Positions 11,134 to 22,080 of a stretch of 64,000 bases of DNA are shown here, piece by piece; positions within the stretch are counted from its first letter, which is position 1, and every line of letters starts with the position of its first letter. This DNA comes from Promethearchaeota archaeon. GTDB taxonomy: Archaea; Asgardarchaeota; Lokiarchaeia; Sigyniarchaeales; SOKP01. The notes below the pieces were generated by a model. That model did no database searches, was not told where the DNA came from, and saw nothing but the letters and a program-made list of their open reading frames with translations. A program made the translations under genes and the position numbers. Location: NCBI GenBank assembly GCA_016839555.1, contig JAEOUA010000007.1:262398-326397 (forward strand), given 5' to 3'.

Positions 11134-12150
11134 ATGAGAGGTGCAGTATATTTAGGGAAGGAAAACGTAGAGGTAAAGAATGATTTAGAAAAACCTAAAG
11201 CAGAACCTAATGAAGTGTTAATAAAGGTAAGATATTGTGGCATATGCGGTTCTGGGATAGAGTCTTTTAAGTCTGGAGGAATGTATATTCCAAACATAAT
11301 TCTGGGTCATGAGCTATCGGGGGAGATTGTTGAAATAGGTACAAATGTAAAGGGCTTCAAACCAGGAAATAGGGTCACAGTAAATCCTAATGTCCCTTGT
11401 GGAGAGTGTTACTGGTGTAAGCGCTATAAGGAAAACATGTGTATATTATCAAATAGTTCAATTGGGACAACTCAAGATGGAGGAATGGCGGAGTTCGTAG
11501 CAGTTAGAGCGGATCATGTTCATTTAATACCCGATGAAATGTCTTTTATCGAAGGAGCTTGTGTAGAACCATTGTCAAATTGTATTTATGCTGTTCGAGA
11601 GTCTGGATTCAAGGTGGGAGAAAATGCGACAGTATTTGGTGCAGGAACTATTGGATTGATGACGATTCAAGCGCTAAAGGCGACTGGTGCCAGCCAGATT
11701 TTTGCTATTGAACCTGTTGAATTTAAACAAAAAAAAGCTCTAGAATTAGGGGCAAGTAAATCCCTCGATCCAAAACAATATAATAAAGTTTCCAGATATA
11801 CTGATAGAATAGGTCCAGATCATATATTTGACTGTGTAGGCATCCCTGGTACCATTATGTCGTCGATAAATCTTATTAAACGAGGTGGCAACATCACACT
11901 TATAGGTATCCATGTGGAGCCATTTGAGATGAAAGGATGGATGCAACTGCCATTAAAAAACATTAATTTACGAGGCGTATTCAGCTTCACTCCGGAGGTA
12001 TTTCAAGCTTCCTTAAATTTGATTGCAAACAAAAAAGTGAATGCAAAAGCAATTGTGACTAAAATTATTAAACTAGATGAAGTACCGGAAATGTTTGAAG
12101 AATTAGCAAACCCACGTCATAAAGAAATTAAGGTTTTGGTGGAAATTTAA
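11134..12150 (+). CDS. Zinc-dependent alcohol/polyol dehydrogenase (MDR family)
   Basis: GICGS, GHE, CGECYWC...C structural Zn site, GAGTIG Rossmann motif. Confidence 0.92.
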   Translation: MRGAVYLGKENVEVKNDLEKPKAEPNEVLIKVRYCGICGSGIESFKSGGMYIPNIILGHELSGEIVEIGTNVKGFKPGNRVTVNPNVPCGECYWCKRYKENMCILSNSSIGTTQDGGMAEFVAVRADHVHLIPDEMSFIEGACVEPLSNCIYAVRESGFKVGENATVFGAGTIGLMTIQALKATGASQIFAIEPVEFKQKKALELGASKSLDPKQYNKVSRYTDRIGPDHIFDCVGIPGTIMSSINLIKRGGNITLIGIHVEPFEMKGWMQLPLKNINLRGVFSFTPEVFQASLNLIANKKVNAKAIVTKIIKLDEVPEMFEELANPRHKEIKVLVEI

Positions 12151-12307
12151 TTTTTTTTCCTCCTATTTGTTCAAAGATACCTTTACTTAATGTATATAAT
12201 TTTTGAAGTATTAAATACAAAAAATATCAAGATTCAAACATTATTATCACAATATAGAAAAAAAATAAAAAAAATCTTTATATATTTTAATTTGATTTTA
12301 AACGGAA

Positions 12308-13561
12308 TTATCTTTCGCTCTCAATATATTCAAGTTCCTGTCCTTTCGTTTCGTAAGGCTTCAATAATAGGGATAATAAAGGTACTAGAATTATAAGACC
12401 GGGTACTATCCAAAATCCTACCCACGCTGGAAATAGGATAAATAATAAAGAAGCTATTAATGGTCCAGTAACATAAGAAGAACGAGCAGCAGTATTTGTT
12501 ATACCTACTGCTGTTGATCGAACTTTAGTTGGAAAGATCTCGCCAAAATATACCATAATCCAAGCCAGAATTATAGGCATAAATAAGTAAATCATCCAGT
12601 AAAAAATAAACCACGATGTAATTCCTAAAAAGATAAATCCGATTGCAGACCCTACACAACCTATTATAAGCGTACCAATTCTTCCTAATTTATCCATTAG
12701 TAAACCACCAATTCCAGCTCCCACCATTGTTAATAAACCTCCTATGGTTAAAATGGTTGAAAAAGTGCCTTCAGAAAGACCTACATAATCTCTGTAAAAA
12801 TACCCCCCCCATGTAGTACCTATTTTAAAGGAAATAGTCCATAATGTATAAACAATCGAAGAAATAACTACATAAATAACGTCTTTTCTTGTTAAGAGTT
12901 TTATTGCGTCTTTAATTTTTAAGAAGGAGCCACCATGATCCACTTCCCTAGACATTTTCCATCTTTCAGTTTCTTTCATAAAATATAATGGAATGAGTAA
13001 TATAAGAAATAAGAAAAACATAATTCCGTAAGCCCATTGCCAACCGAATGCTCGAGCAATACTGGGTCCTAAAAGAGCATAAAGAGGAATTAAACCTATT
13101 AAAAATGTGATTCCTCCATTTAAACCTCTTTTTTCTGCGGGAGATTCTTCCGTAATAGGTATTTGCCAAGCATTTGATTGCGTAGCCATAATAAAAATTC
13201 CATATAATGTTATGAATAACCAAGGATTACTTGGAAATAATCCGATGAACAAAGTTGGCACAGCCAATAACGCCATCAATAGCAACATCCCTTTTTTCCT
13301 TCCAAATGCATCGAAAAACCATGCAACAAAAAAGACTAAAAATGAGATGACACCAAAAATTCCCTGCCAAAAAGCAAATTGTGACGGTTCTAACTCATAA
13401 AAAGCTAAAATATCCGTTGTAACATATGTTTCAATAAGTGACAAAAAGTTATCCATATTTCCAACAAAACCCATAAAAATTATAAGAAAGACCATATATT
13501 TTCGAGAACGTGGCTTAACTTTTCCTGCCTTTTCTTTTGCTAAAGCATCTAACTTTGCCAT
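12308..13561 (-). CDS. MFS transporter
   Basis: DAFGRK and DKLGR motifs, EIFPTKVRSTA, about 12 TM. Confidence 0.9.
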   Translation of the reverse strand: MAKLDALAKEKAGKVKPRSRKYMVFLIIFMGFVGNMDNFLSLIETYVTTDILAFYELEPSQFAFWQGIFGVISFLVFFVAWFFDAFGRKKGMLLLMALLAVPTLFIGLFPSNPWLFITLYGIFIMATQSNAWQIPITEESPAEKRGLNGGITFLIGLIPLYALLGPSIARAFGWQWAYGIMFFLFLILLIPLYFMKETERWKMSREVDHGGSFLKIKDAIKLLTRKDVIYVVISSIVYTLWTISFKIGTTWGGYFYRDYVGLSEGTFSTILTIGGLLTMVGAGIGGLLMDKLGRIGTLIIGCVGSAIGFIFLGITSWFIFYWMIYLFMPIILAWIMVYFGEIFPTKVRSTAVGITNTAARSSYVTGPLIASLLFILFPAWVGFWIVPGLIILVPLLSLLLKPYETKGQELEYIESER

Positions 13562-14017
13562 TTTTTTCTCCTACTATGTTTAAATATTTGTATTTCTATA
13601 CTTTTAAATTTAATAAAGTTTTTAATTTATTATTAAAACAATATAGTATATAAGCTTTTAAGTTTTGAATTGAGATATATGTTTTAAAATTCCATATATT
13701 AGAGTAAATATATAAACCAATTGAATTAAATAAGAATAGTAATCATGGTGAATATGAAATTTTCTTGACTCGAGTCAGAAGCATCACAGCCATTATAACC
13801 GACCCAAAAAACAGAATTTGCTATACTTTTGATTATTTGAATGCTTCTAGATTAATAATTCTTTTCCTAGATCTTTTGGTAATTTATATTATTATCGAAA
13901 TTTTCATTTAAATAAACATTTCAATCCTAATCTAATAAAATATTTCTAACAATTACAAAAATCTAAATCAGTATAATTATTTTTAAAACTATATTTTAAT
14001 TATTATTATGATATGAA

Positions 14018-14926
14018 ATGTCTAATAAAAAATTTATACCAGAACCAGAACCTAATTTAAATTTCATTGATGCACATTGTCATTTGCCATTTCCTCGTCC
14101 TAAGAAAAACGACCAATTGCCTTCGAATAATAAGCAGTATGAAGATTTTTTTGCTAAAGGAGGGAAATATTTAATATCCAGTAGTATTGATTTAACTACA
14201 CTGAATATGACTTTAGAGTTCATGAAATCCCATTCTAAAAATTATGGATTTACTTGTGGGTGGGCTCCTCAAACCGTAACTTATACTCCAGAAAGAAACT
14301 ATAAAGATGATTGGAAAAAATGGAAAGAATTTGTCCTAAATAATAGGGATAAGTATTTAGCTATTGGAGAGATTGGTTTAGATTTTCATCATGCAAAAAT
14401 ATTAAAAAAACGAGAAAAGCAAATCAGAGAATTAAAAAAGGTTTTTGAATTGACTAAATCCATTGAAAAGCCTTATATCTTACATGTTAGAAATGCCGCA
14501 CCACATGAATTTGATAAAGAAAATCCTAAGCATAGATTCAACAAAGAAGATGGCGCAACGAAAGAAATATTGAGGATTATGGAAGAATTACATATAGATC
14601 CAAAGAAAGTTATGTTTCATTGTTTTTCTGGACCACAAAAGTATGGCAGAATTTTACCCCAGAAGGGATTCTCCTTATCTGTTCCGAGCTCTGCATATGG
14701 CTTCAAACATTGGAGAGAAGTTACAAAAAATTCTCCCTTAGATTCATTATTTACAGAAACTGATAGTTATTATCAGCATCCATTTAAACGGGGGCCTGTT
14801 AATGTCCCATCAAATGTACGATATTCCATTGCTGCGATTGCCTATACTCACAATATCTCTCAAAAAATTGTCAGCGAAAAAACAATAGAAAATACTATTA
14901 ATTTCCTTAAATTGTCTATTAGTTAA
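14018..14926 (+). CDS. TatD family hydrolase/nuclease
   Basis: IDAHCH, AIGEIGLDF, LHVR, FHCFSG, TETDS motifs. Confidence 0.9.
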   Translation: MSNKKFIPEPEPNLNFIDAHCHLPFPRPKKNDQLPSNNKQYEDFFAKGGKYLISSSIDLTTLNMTLEFMKSHSKNYGFTCGWAPQTVTYTPERNYKDDWKKWKEFVLNNRDKYLAIGEIGLDFHHAKILKKREKQIRELKKVFELTKSIEKPYILHVRNAAPHEFDKENPKHRFNKEDGATKEILRIMEELHIDPKKVMFHCFSGPQKYGRILPQKGFSLSVPSSAYGFKHWREVTKNSPLDSLFTETDSYYQHPFKRGPVNVPSNVRYSIAAIAYTHNISQKIVSEKTIENTINFLKLSIS

Positions 14927-15123
14927 AGATTTTTAAAAATTATGCAATATGATTTGAATTATTGGAAATTGCTATTCTTGTTTTTTATACGTTTATATTT
15001 GGTCTATAAATATTTTTAACTATTTTAATAAAAAATCTTTACTCTATTATTATTTAAATTAGAGACTTGTTTTACTTTATAAAAGAAGCGTAAAAGAGAA
15101 TAATTAATCTTCCTCAAAAGAAA

Positions 15124-16308
15124 ATGCAGCTTTTGCAGTTATGTTGGGATGAAAGAGATCAAAATAATTTATTATTTAAATTTAGAAAAGATGTAACAGA
15201 AGAAAATGAAATAGTTGAAGAGAGTGTAGAAAAAGTTCAAATAAAATTTGAATTATTAAAAAAAAATGATAGATCTCTTCAAATTATTCAAGAACCATTT
15301 TTAATTTCAATAAGAGATATCTATTTCTCTGCAAACATGCTTGCATTTTCGGTTAAATTAGATAAACTTAATAATGTGGAAGATTTGCAAATAAGTGTAA
15401 TTCGTTTAACTATTTTTTACTATTCTGGTCAAAGAGAGGATATTTTTATTAATAAAACATTTCAATTAACTGAAATAACATATGATGACGGTCAATTTAT
15501 AGAAATAAAAGAAGAAGAGCTTATTTTTGAGAAAAAAACAACATATTCTTATAAAAAAAGAAGTGTAACTAATAAGGGAGGCTATGCTTCTAAAAATAAA
15601 AAGAATGCATGCTCAAATGCTTTAAGTCTAAACACTTTCGAATCTCCTGTAAGGACTCAGAATGGAGAAATAAGGATTCCTGTTTCTAAACATGAATTTG
15701 AAAAATGGTTAGAATTGAAAGGAGATAAACCATGGGATACGACCTTATTTATGGTACGTAAGGGCTTTAATAAATACAAGGAAATAGAAAAAGATTTAAA
15801 AGAAGCAAATATGGTGCTAAGAAAAATTGCGCTCAATAAATCATCAGCTTTTTCTGGACCTGTTTATTTACAGCCACCTCCAGACTATTCTAATCCTTCA
15901 TTCCAATTACCAACTCCTTCTCAAATTCGTTCCCCACCAACTGTAAATAATAAATATTCTTTAGATAATCCTAATGCCCAAAAAGTACTCAGAGAAAATA
16001 AGGATCCTTCTTTATTAAATAAACAAAGAGAAGTTATGAGAGAAATGAAGGAAAAATTTGAAAGAATTAATGATGTAAAACAATTGCTTAAAAAAGTACC
16101 TCAGGAAGAGCTAAATAAAAAGCGGGCGAAAACAGACCATCTGGGATTTTTAGAATTTAAGCAAAAAAAATTAGAAAAAGAGAGAATGAAAAAAATTGAA
16201 ATACTTAAAAAATTGGGTTTTAAAGATAAAGTTGAAGAATTGGCCCTTGAGGATTTAGAAGCGAAGATACAAGTTTTATTAGCAAGAGAAAAACAAAATC
16301 AAAACTAA
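15124..16308 (+). CDS. Hypothetical protein with proline-rich linker and charged helical C-terminus
   Basis: 394-aa ORF with no recognisable enzyme motif; QPPPDYSNPSFQLPTPSQIRSPP linker. Confidence 0.75.
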   Translation: MQLLQLCWDERDQNNLLFKFRKDVTEENEIVEESVEKVQIKFELLKKNDRSLQIIQEPFLISIRDIYFSANMLAFSVKLDKLNNVEDLQISVIRLTIFYYSGQREDIFINKTFQLTEITYDDGQFIEIKEEELIFEKKTTYSYKKRSVTNKGGYASKNKKNACSNALSLNTFESPVRTQNGEIRIPVSKHEFEKWLELKGDKPWDTTLFMVRKGFNKYKEIEKDLKEANMVLRKIALNKSSAFSGPVYLQPPPDYSNPSFQLPTPSQIRSPPTVNNKYSLDNPNAQKVLRENKDPSLLNKQREVMREMKEKFERINDVKQLLKKVPQEELNKKRAKTDHLGFLEFKQKKLEKERMKKIEILKKLGFKDKVEELALEDLEAKIQVLLAREKQNQN

Positions 16309-16437
16309 AAGATTTTGTTAATTTTGTATTATTCAATTAATCTACTTTTCAGTTTCCTTTCATACCTTAAAATTTTGATATATTTTGCAACATAATAAAG
16401 TTTTTTTTGTAATAATTATTCACATTTATGATTTTTA

Positions 16438-17862
16438 ATGAATATTTTACTTATATATCCTCCTTTTCCACTTGGAAAAGCGATGAGTTCGGTAATGTGT
16501 AGTCCTCCATTAAATTTATTAACCTTAGCTGGTGTTTCTAATAACCATAATATCGATATACTAGATTTAAACGTCGATCAATCATATGGAGTAAAAAAAA
16601 TACAAGATAAAATTGATAAATATGATCTAATTGGAATTACGTGTATGTCCTATACCTTTCGAATAGTTTTAAATATTTGTAAGATAGCTAAGAAAAAAGG
16701 CAAACCAACTTTATTAGGTGGTTTTCACCCTACTTTAGATCCCAACATTATTGATAAATTCGATTGTATTGATATGATTATAAGAGGTGAAGGAGAGCTT
16801 ACTTTTAAAGAGCTCTTAGATGGAAAACCTAAGAAAGATATTTTAGGATTGTCTTATAGAGAAAATGGTAAGGTTTATCATAACCCTAAAAGACCATTTA
16901 TCAAAAATCTAGATGATTTACCGTTTCCTAGAAATAATCTCGTAGATTCAAAACCATATAACTATTTATGGATTCCCGCCTGGGTATGTGAGAGTTCAAG
17001 AGGTTGTCCTTTTAATTGTGAATTCTGTTGTGTGCATGAATTTTATGAAAGAACATATAGAACAAAATCTCCAGAACGTGTTATAAAGGAATTAATGCAA
17101 GTTCCATCTACAACTCGACTCATATTTTTTGTAGATGATAATTTTACATTAAATAAAAAAAGAGTTATGCGAATTTGTAAATTAATTCAAAAAACAAAAC
17201 TAAATAAGCAATTAATGTTTGTATGTCAATCAAGGGTAGATGATATTGCAAATAATCCCGATATGGTTGAAGAAATGCATAAAAGTGGATTCATTTGTTA
17301 CTTCTTAGGGTTTGAAAGTTTTAATCAAATTGCTTTAGATCATATGGAAAAAGCATATACTCTTGATAAGGTAAAAAAGTGTATTGATGTATGCCATGAA
17401 AATGGAATAATGGTATTTGGATCCTTCATAATTGGAAATATCGGAGAGACTAAAGAAGATACTCGAAAAACCTTTCAATTAATGAAAAATCTTAGTCTAG
17501 ATTTTATGATGACCATGCCTTTAACGCCATTTCCAGGTACTAAGCTTAATGAAGAAGCGATCAATCATGGGTGGGTAGAAAAGGATCTTAAATGGGAAGA
17601 TATAAAATCTGGTGAATCAAAACCATTAATGCGTACTCCTGATTTAACAAGAGATGATATCTTAGAATTATTATCAGAGAGTTATCGCTCATTTTATGCC
17701 GATAAGATATTTATTATTAAGAAATATTTGCTTAGTTATTGGAGTTCTAAATTCAATTGGGTTAGAAGACCAAATTTAATCTTAAAATTTATTAAAAATG
17801 GAGTAACGAAATTTATTTGGAATTTAGATGAAATTGTGGATGAAAATTATCAAAAAATATAA
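16438..17862 (+). CDS. B12-binding domain radical SAM protein
   Basis: N-terminal PPLNL/GGFHPT/RGEGE cobalamin-binding domain; SRGCPFNCEFC CxxxCxxC motif. Confidence 0.92.
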   Translation: MNILLIYPPFPLGKAMSSVMCSPPLNLLTLAGVSNNHNIDILDLNVDQSYGVKKIQDKIDKYDLIGITCMSYTFRIVLNICKIAKKKGKPTLLGGFHPTLDPNIIDKFDCIDMIIRGEGELTFKELLDGKPKKDILGLSYRENGKVYHNPKRPFIKNLDDLPFPRNNLVDSKPYNYLWIPAWVCESSRGCPFNCEFCCVHEFYERTYRTKSPERVIKELMQVPSTTRLIFFVDDNFTLNKKRVMRICKLIQKTKLNKQLMFVCQSRVDDIANNPDMVEEMHKSGFICYFLGFESFNQIALDHMEKAYTLDKVKKCIDVCHENGIMVFGSFIIGNIGETKEDTRKTFQLMKNLSLDFMMTMPLTPFPGTKLNEEAINHGWVEKDLKWEDIKSGESKPLMRTPDLTRDDILELLSESYRSFYADKIFIIKKYLLSYWSSKFNWVRRPNLILKFIKNGVTKFIWNLDEIVDENYQKI

Positions 17863-17964
17863 TTATCTTTTTTTTTTTTTAATTTTTTTTCTATCAAGAT
17901 AAGAATTTCAAAATTATCAATTTTTTAAAATATTTTATTAAAATAAGAAAAAATTTGAGAGAAA

Positions 17965-19155
17965 TTAAGTGTTTACTTCAATTTCTAATTGATCTATAAT
18001 TTCTACTAAATCTAAAACTTCAAAATTGTAATTATATTTTACATTCGCATCCCCTAAGTTGGTTTTACAGAAGGGACAAGTTGAAGAAAGTACTGAAGCG
18101 CCCGTTTCTGAGGCTTCTAATAATCTATTCTCTGATATTTCCACTGCCCAATCAGGATATCCTATCTTGACGCCACCTCCCGCACCACAGCACCACGCAT
18201 GGTTCCTATTTCTTCTCATTTCCACAAAATTAATGCCAGGAATACTTTTATAGGCTTCTCTTGGTATTTCATAAAGTCCCATATGCCTTCCTAGATGGCA
18301 AGGATCATGATACGTTACGGTCTTGTTATATTCTGACTTAATTTTGATTTTTCCAGAATTGATGAGGTTTTTTAACAATTCAACGGTATGGAAGACCTCA
18401 AAATCATACTCAACTCCAAATTTCTCGAAATCTTTTTTTAAGGTTCTATAGCATCCTGCACAAGACGTGACTACTTTTTTTGCTCCCGCCTCTTTTATTT
18501 TTTCCACATTATAAGTCATAAAATCTTTGCTATATTGTGTTTGTCCCGTTCTAATCATAGGACTGGTACAACAATGTTCATCAATTAAAGTGAAATCAAG
18601 ACCCACTTTCTTCAATAGTCTTAAAGTAGAGTCTCGAAGGCTTTTTTGACGATAATTTGAGGTGCAGCCAATATAATATACCCATTCTGCTTTATCTGGT
18701 AGGTTATATTTTTTCTTTAATTGCTCATTGTCTGAATGTTTCTCTCCATAGGGATTCCACATTTCTGGATTTAATGTCCTCTCAACTAATTTTTCCTGAT
18801 TGTGCGCGGGACCGATTTTTTCAACCACTAGTTCCCTTAAAGATTCGATAATATCAACGATATAATCTGCGTGAGGAGCTTGGCATGCGTCCATACAGGC
18901 TCCACATGTTGGGCACGCAAATATGGCATCCTTTAACTCATTTGTCCACTTTAAATCTCCTAAAAGAAGTCCTCGAGCAGTTCTTATCTTTCCAGAAGCC
19001 CAAAATGACTCAAATAAAAATTTTTCACCTGAAGGACACGATTGTTCGAAGTCGGAAAATGAATATTTGCAGGTAGAACACTTGATGCAATTATCAAATG
19101 CCATCTCAAGATATTCATTATTTATTGTCGGTTTGACTTCTTGTATTTCAGTCAT
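17965..19155 (-). CDS. Fe-S oxidoreductase (GlcF/HdrD-like; 2x4Fe-4S plus two CCG domains)
   Basis: CIKCSTC, CPTCGAC, HCCTS, YHDPCHLGR, WCCGAGGG, CPFC. Confidence 0.9.
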   Translation of the reverse strand: MTEIQEVKPTINNEYLEMAFDNCIKCSTCKYSFSDFEQSCPSGEKFLFESFWASGKIRTARGLLLGDLKWTNELKDAIFACPTCGACMDACQAPHADYIVDIIESLRELVVEKIGPAHNQEKLVERTLNPEMWNPYGEKHSDNEQLKKKYNLPDKAEWVYYIGCTSNYRQKSLRDSTLRLLKKVGLDFTLIDEHCCTSPMIRTGQTQYSKDFMTYNVEKIKEAGAKKVVTSCAGCYRTLKKDFEKFGVEYDFEVFHTVELLKNLINSGKIKIKSEYNKTVTYHDPCHLGRHMGLYEIPREAYKSIPGINFVEMRRNRNHAWCCGAGGGVKIGYPDWAVEISENRLLEASETGASVLSSTCPFCKTNLGDANVKYNYNFEVLDLVEIIDQLEIEVNT

Positions 19156-20586
19156 TTATGTATTCCACCTTCCCGGATTAAAAATATTATTTGGATCTAA
19201 GCAGCCCTTAATTTTATCGAATAATTTAAGCCAGCCTGGATTTATGATTTCTCTCATTTTTTCTGTCATCCACGTAGGTGTCTTATAAGGAATGCACCCT
19301 TCTTTTATACAAAAATCAGTAATCTCTTCGAGTAGTGCGTGAATTTTGTCTTCTTCTCCCTCCTTAAATTTATTGTACCGAATGATTGGTCTGAAAATTC
19401 CATAATGTCCGGTCTTCATTATTTTCATGTAGATAAAGGACGGTACATTATATTTATGAAAAATTTTATCTACTTTAGCAATTAATTTTTCTAGTTTATG
19501 CGTGGGAGCATATGATCCGAACCAAGTTAATCCCGAATATTCTACTAAGCTAAGTAAAACCGCTGGTAAATCAAGATGACATCTGACTCGTAAATTGAAG
19601 AGTTTTGCGAATTCATCAACATCTGTAGCAACTAATTGGATTCCCTTCTTTTTTAAATCTTTAATTACCGTTAAGAAAATTTCTTTTTTTGCTTCTAATA
19701 ATTTCTCTGTTTTTGCAGATATAGGAAAAAGCGCCGCAAAATCGGGTTCACCTGGATATTTTTCTGGATCAGGGATTTCAACGGTCATTTTCACAACTTC
19801 TGTGCTTACCGCGGAAACATCTTCAACCACTCCTGAAATACCAACCTCCCTAATAACTGGGGCGATATCTGTTAACCCAGATACCATAACTAAATAGGTT
19901 TTTTTAAACGGGGGATTAGGCCACAGTTGGACGGCACATTTAGTAATTAATCCCGTCATTCCCTGCCAACATATAAAATTACCCATTAAATCAGGCATCG
20001 GATATCTCGCCCACCAGCTGTCGGGATCTGCTTCATTCTCACCGTAAAAGCAGGAGCCAATGCGTGCAATAGTCCCATCAGCAGTTATAACCTCTAAGCC
20101 ATTTATAGAATCTCCCATGGAACCTATTTTATTTGAAAGACTATTCATCCCACTTAAAATGGCGTTTCCCACAACTCCCGCATAGGGTGGAGCGTAGGGA
20201 TAGCTATATCTTAGGTTTGGGTACTTCTCGTCTAAATATTTCTTTAATTGACCAAAGGTAACTCCTGGTTCTAAAAGAGCATACATCATTGTTTCATTGA
20301 TATGAAGTATTTTATTCATCTTTTTACTGAAGTCTACTATAATACCACCCTGTTCAGGTATTGTTAATCCTCCAACATTGTTTCCTGTAATGCATGGCAC
20401 GATAGGAATAAGATTTGTATTACAAAATTTAACTAATTTTACCAATTGCTCTTTATTTTCGGGAATAACGACAAAATCAGGCATATGTGGTTTACATTCT
20501 GTCATATCATAGGAATATGGATATAAATCAACTGCTTTTTTAGATACATAATTTTCACCAAAAATATCCACTAATGTCTTATACAT
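19156..20586 (-). CDS. FAD-binding oxidoreductase (GlcD/VAO-PCMH family)
   Basis: PDFVVIP, EPGVTFGQL, GLEVITADG, DPNNIFNPG; abuts the Fe-S partner gene. The frame is open a further ~17 codons upstream. Confidence 0.9.
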   Translation of the reverse strand: MYKTLVDIFGENYVSKKAVDLYPYSYDMTECKPHMPDFVVIPENKEQLVKLVKFCNTNLIPIVPCITGNNVGGLTIPEQGGIIVDFSKKMNKILHINETMMYALLEPGVTFGQLKKYLDEKYPNLRYSYPYAPPYAGVVGNAILSGMNSLSNKIGSMGDSINGLEVITADGTIARIGSCFYGENEADPDSWWARYPMPDLMGNFICWQGMTGLITKCAVQLWPNPPFKKTYLVMVSGLTDIAPVIREVGISGVVEDVSAVSTEVVKMTVEIPDPEKYPGEPDFAALFPISAKTEKLLEAKKEIFLTVIKDLKKKGIQLVATDVDEFAKLFNLRVRCHLDLPAVLLSLVEYSGLTWFGSYAPTHKLEKLIAKVDKIFHKYNVPSFIYMKIMKTGHYGIFRPIIRYNKFKEGEEDKIHALLEEITDFCIKEGCIPYKTPTWMTEKMREIINPGWLKLFDKIKGCLDPNNIFNPGRWNT

Positions 20587-20656
20587 TTCATCCTTATTAA
20601 TATTTTTAAAAACATTCCTTTTTTCTGTTTCTGTTATTTCTATAACCCCCTTTTAT

Positions 20657-21076
20657 TTATTTAGTATTTTGATTTAATTCATAATATTTTTCATTTGGAT
20701 CGGCTGCTACCATTTTCATCGTATCAAAAAATACTTTTTTAAAAGTTAAAAGCGTTTTAATCTTATATAATCCTTTAATCTTCAATTTTCCAGATAATAC
20801 TGCTTTTACGGAACTTGTTCTCCCATAAGCCATATCTAATAAGGTGTTTAAATCCATTTCCACTTTAAGATCAGGTTTTTGCTGAATATTTTGAAATTTA
20901 AAGTTAATATGGCCGTTCTGAAAAATTACCATAACTGGATAAAAGTTCTCTACTTCTATTAAAATCTTTTTATTCCAATTTTGTACTAATTCTAAAAACT
21001 CTTCATCTTTTCTATAATTTAAGATATTATATAATGAAACGGAGAGTAAATCCTTAGGTTTTTGAATTGAAATCAT
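20657..21076 (-). CDS. SCP2 sterol/lipid-binding domain protein
   Basis: KPDLKVEMDLNTLLDMAYG...KAVLSGKLKIKG is the classic SCP2 signature. Confidence 0.85.
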   Translation of the reverse strand: MISIQKPKDLLSVSLYNILNYRKDEEFLELVQNWNKKILIEVENFYPVMVIFQNGHINFKFQNIQQKPDLKVEMDLNTLLDMAYGRTSSVKAVLSGKLKIKGLYKIKTLLTFKKVFFDTMKMVAADPNEKYYELNQNTK

Positions 21077-21252
21077 TATTGTATCATTTTTTTTATATTA
21101 ATATAAGTATCAAATTTATAAATTAATCTCCTTTTTTTATATAAATATTTAATCATTTGTTAAATAAACCATATCATTTTAAATATATTACAAGTTATAA
21201 CTTAACTATAAAAATAAATCATACAGATTAACATAGATTCAATTTTATTAAA

Positions 21253-22023
21253 TTGAAGTACAATAAGATTAAGGAAATATTAGATAATTTCTTTAAAGAA
21301 GTCCAATTGAAAGAGGAAAACGTTAACATCTACATTATAGAAGAATCACCCCTAGATATCTTCGAAGGAAAAACAATAGGAGTCCATATAGATAAATATA
21401 AAGATATTGTGCTTCAATCTGATACTGGATTAGAGTTAGGAGGGATTAATAAAACATCTTTTTCATTAATTTATCCTATAAAATCTACCAAAAATATTAA
21501 TAACACGAATAAATTAATCATAATAGGTCCAGAAATCAATGAACTTAATTCTTCACAAACTGATTTTGGGCTTTTTATATTATTAACAGTGAAGAATTTA
21601 TCAGACGAATTATATGAAAGTTTTCGAAATCTTTCTTTTATATCTAATGGCATTGAGGGTTTTGCAATTAGGAGTATTCCACGCCGATTTTGGTGTCGAA
21701 TTAGTCAAAATAGTATAAATAAGAACTTTTCTTTTCAATTCTTAGGAAATGCGATTTTATCTCTTTATAGGCAAAAGTTTGGCAAAGATATCAACTCGAT
21801 AGAAATTCTTATGATCACCAAATCCTCCAAATTGATTAATAAGTTTTTAGAGCATACCGCAGAGATTAGTAGTGAACTAAATAATCGATGGAAAGTAAAA
21901 GTAGATAATTGGAAAAAGCGGATTGATTGTGATTATGAATGGGCCTGTGAAATTTGTCCCTATTTTACATCATGTAAAAGTTTGCAAGAAATATTAGAAG
22001 AAAGGAAAAATTTAGAAATATAA
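21253..22023 (+). CDS. Acetyl-CoA synthase beta-subunit (CdhC/AcsB)-related stand-alone domain protein
   Basis: LELGG...SFSL, IIGPEI, IEGFAIRSIPRRFWCRIS resemble the ACS beta domain; C-terminal CDYEWACEICPYFTSC Cys cluster; adjacent to cooC. Confidence 0.6.
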   Translation: MKYNKIKEILDNFFKEVQLKEENVNIYIIEESPLDIFEGKTIGVHIDKYKDIVLQSDTGLELGGINKTSFSLIYPIKSTKNINNTNKLIIIGPEINELNSSQTDFGLFILLTVKNLSDELYESFRNLSFISNGIEGFAIRSIPRRFWCRISQNSINKNFSFQFLGNAILSLYRQKFGKDINSIEILMITKSSKLINKFLEHTAEISSELNNRWKVKVDNWKKRIDCDYEWACEICPYFTSCKSLQEILEERKNLEI

Positions 22024-22080
22024 TTTTATAGTAAAATAATTAAAATGAGCAGAACATTCTACTAATAATCTGAAGGATCA

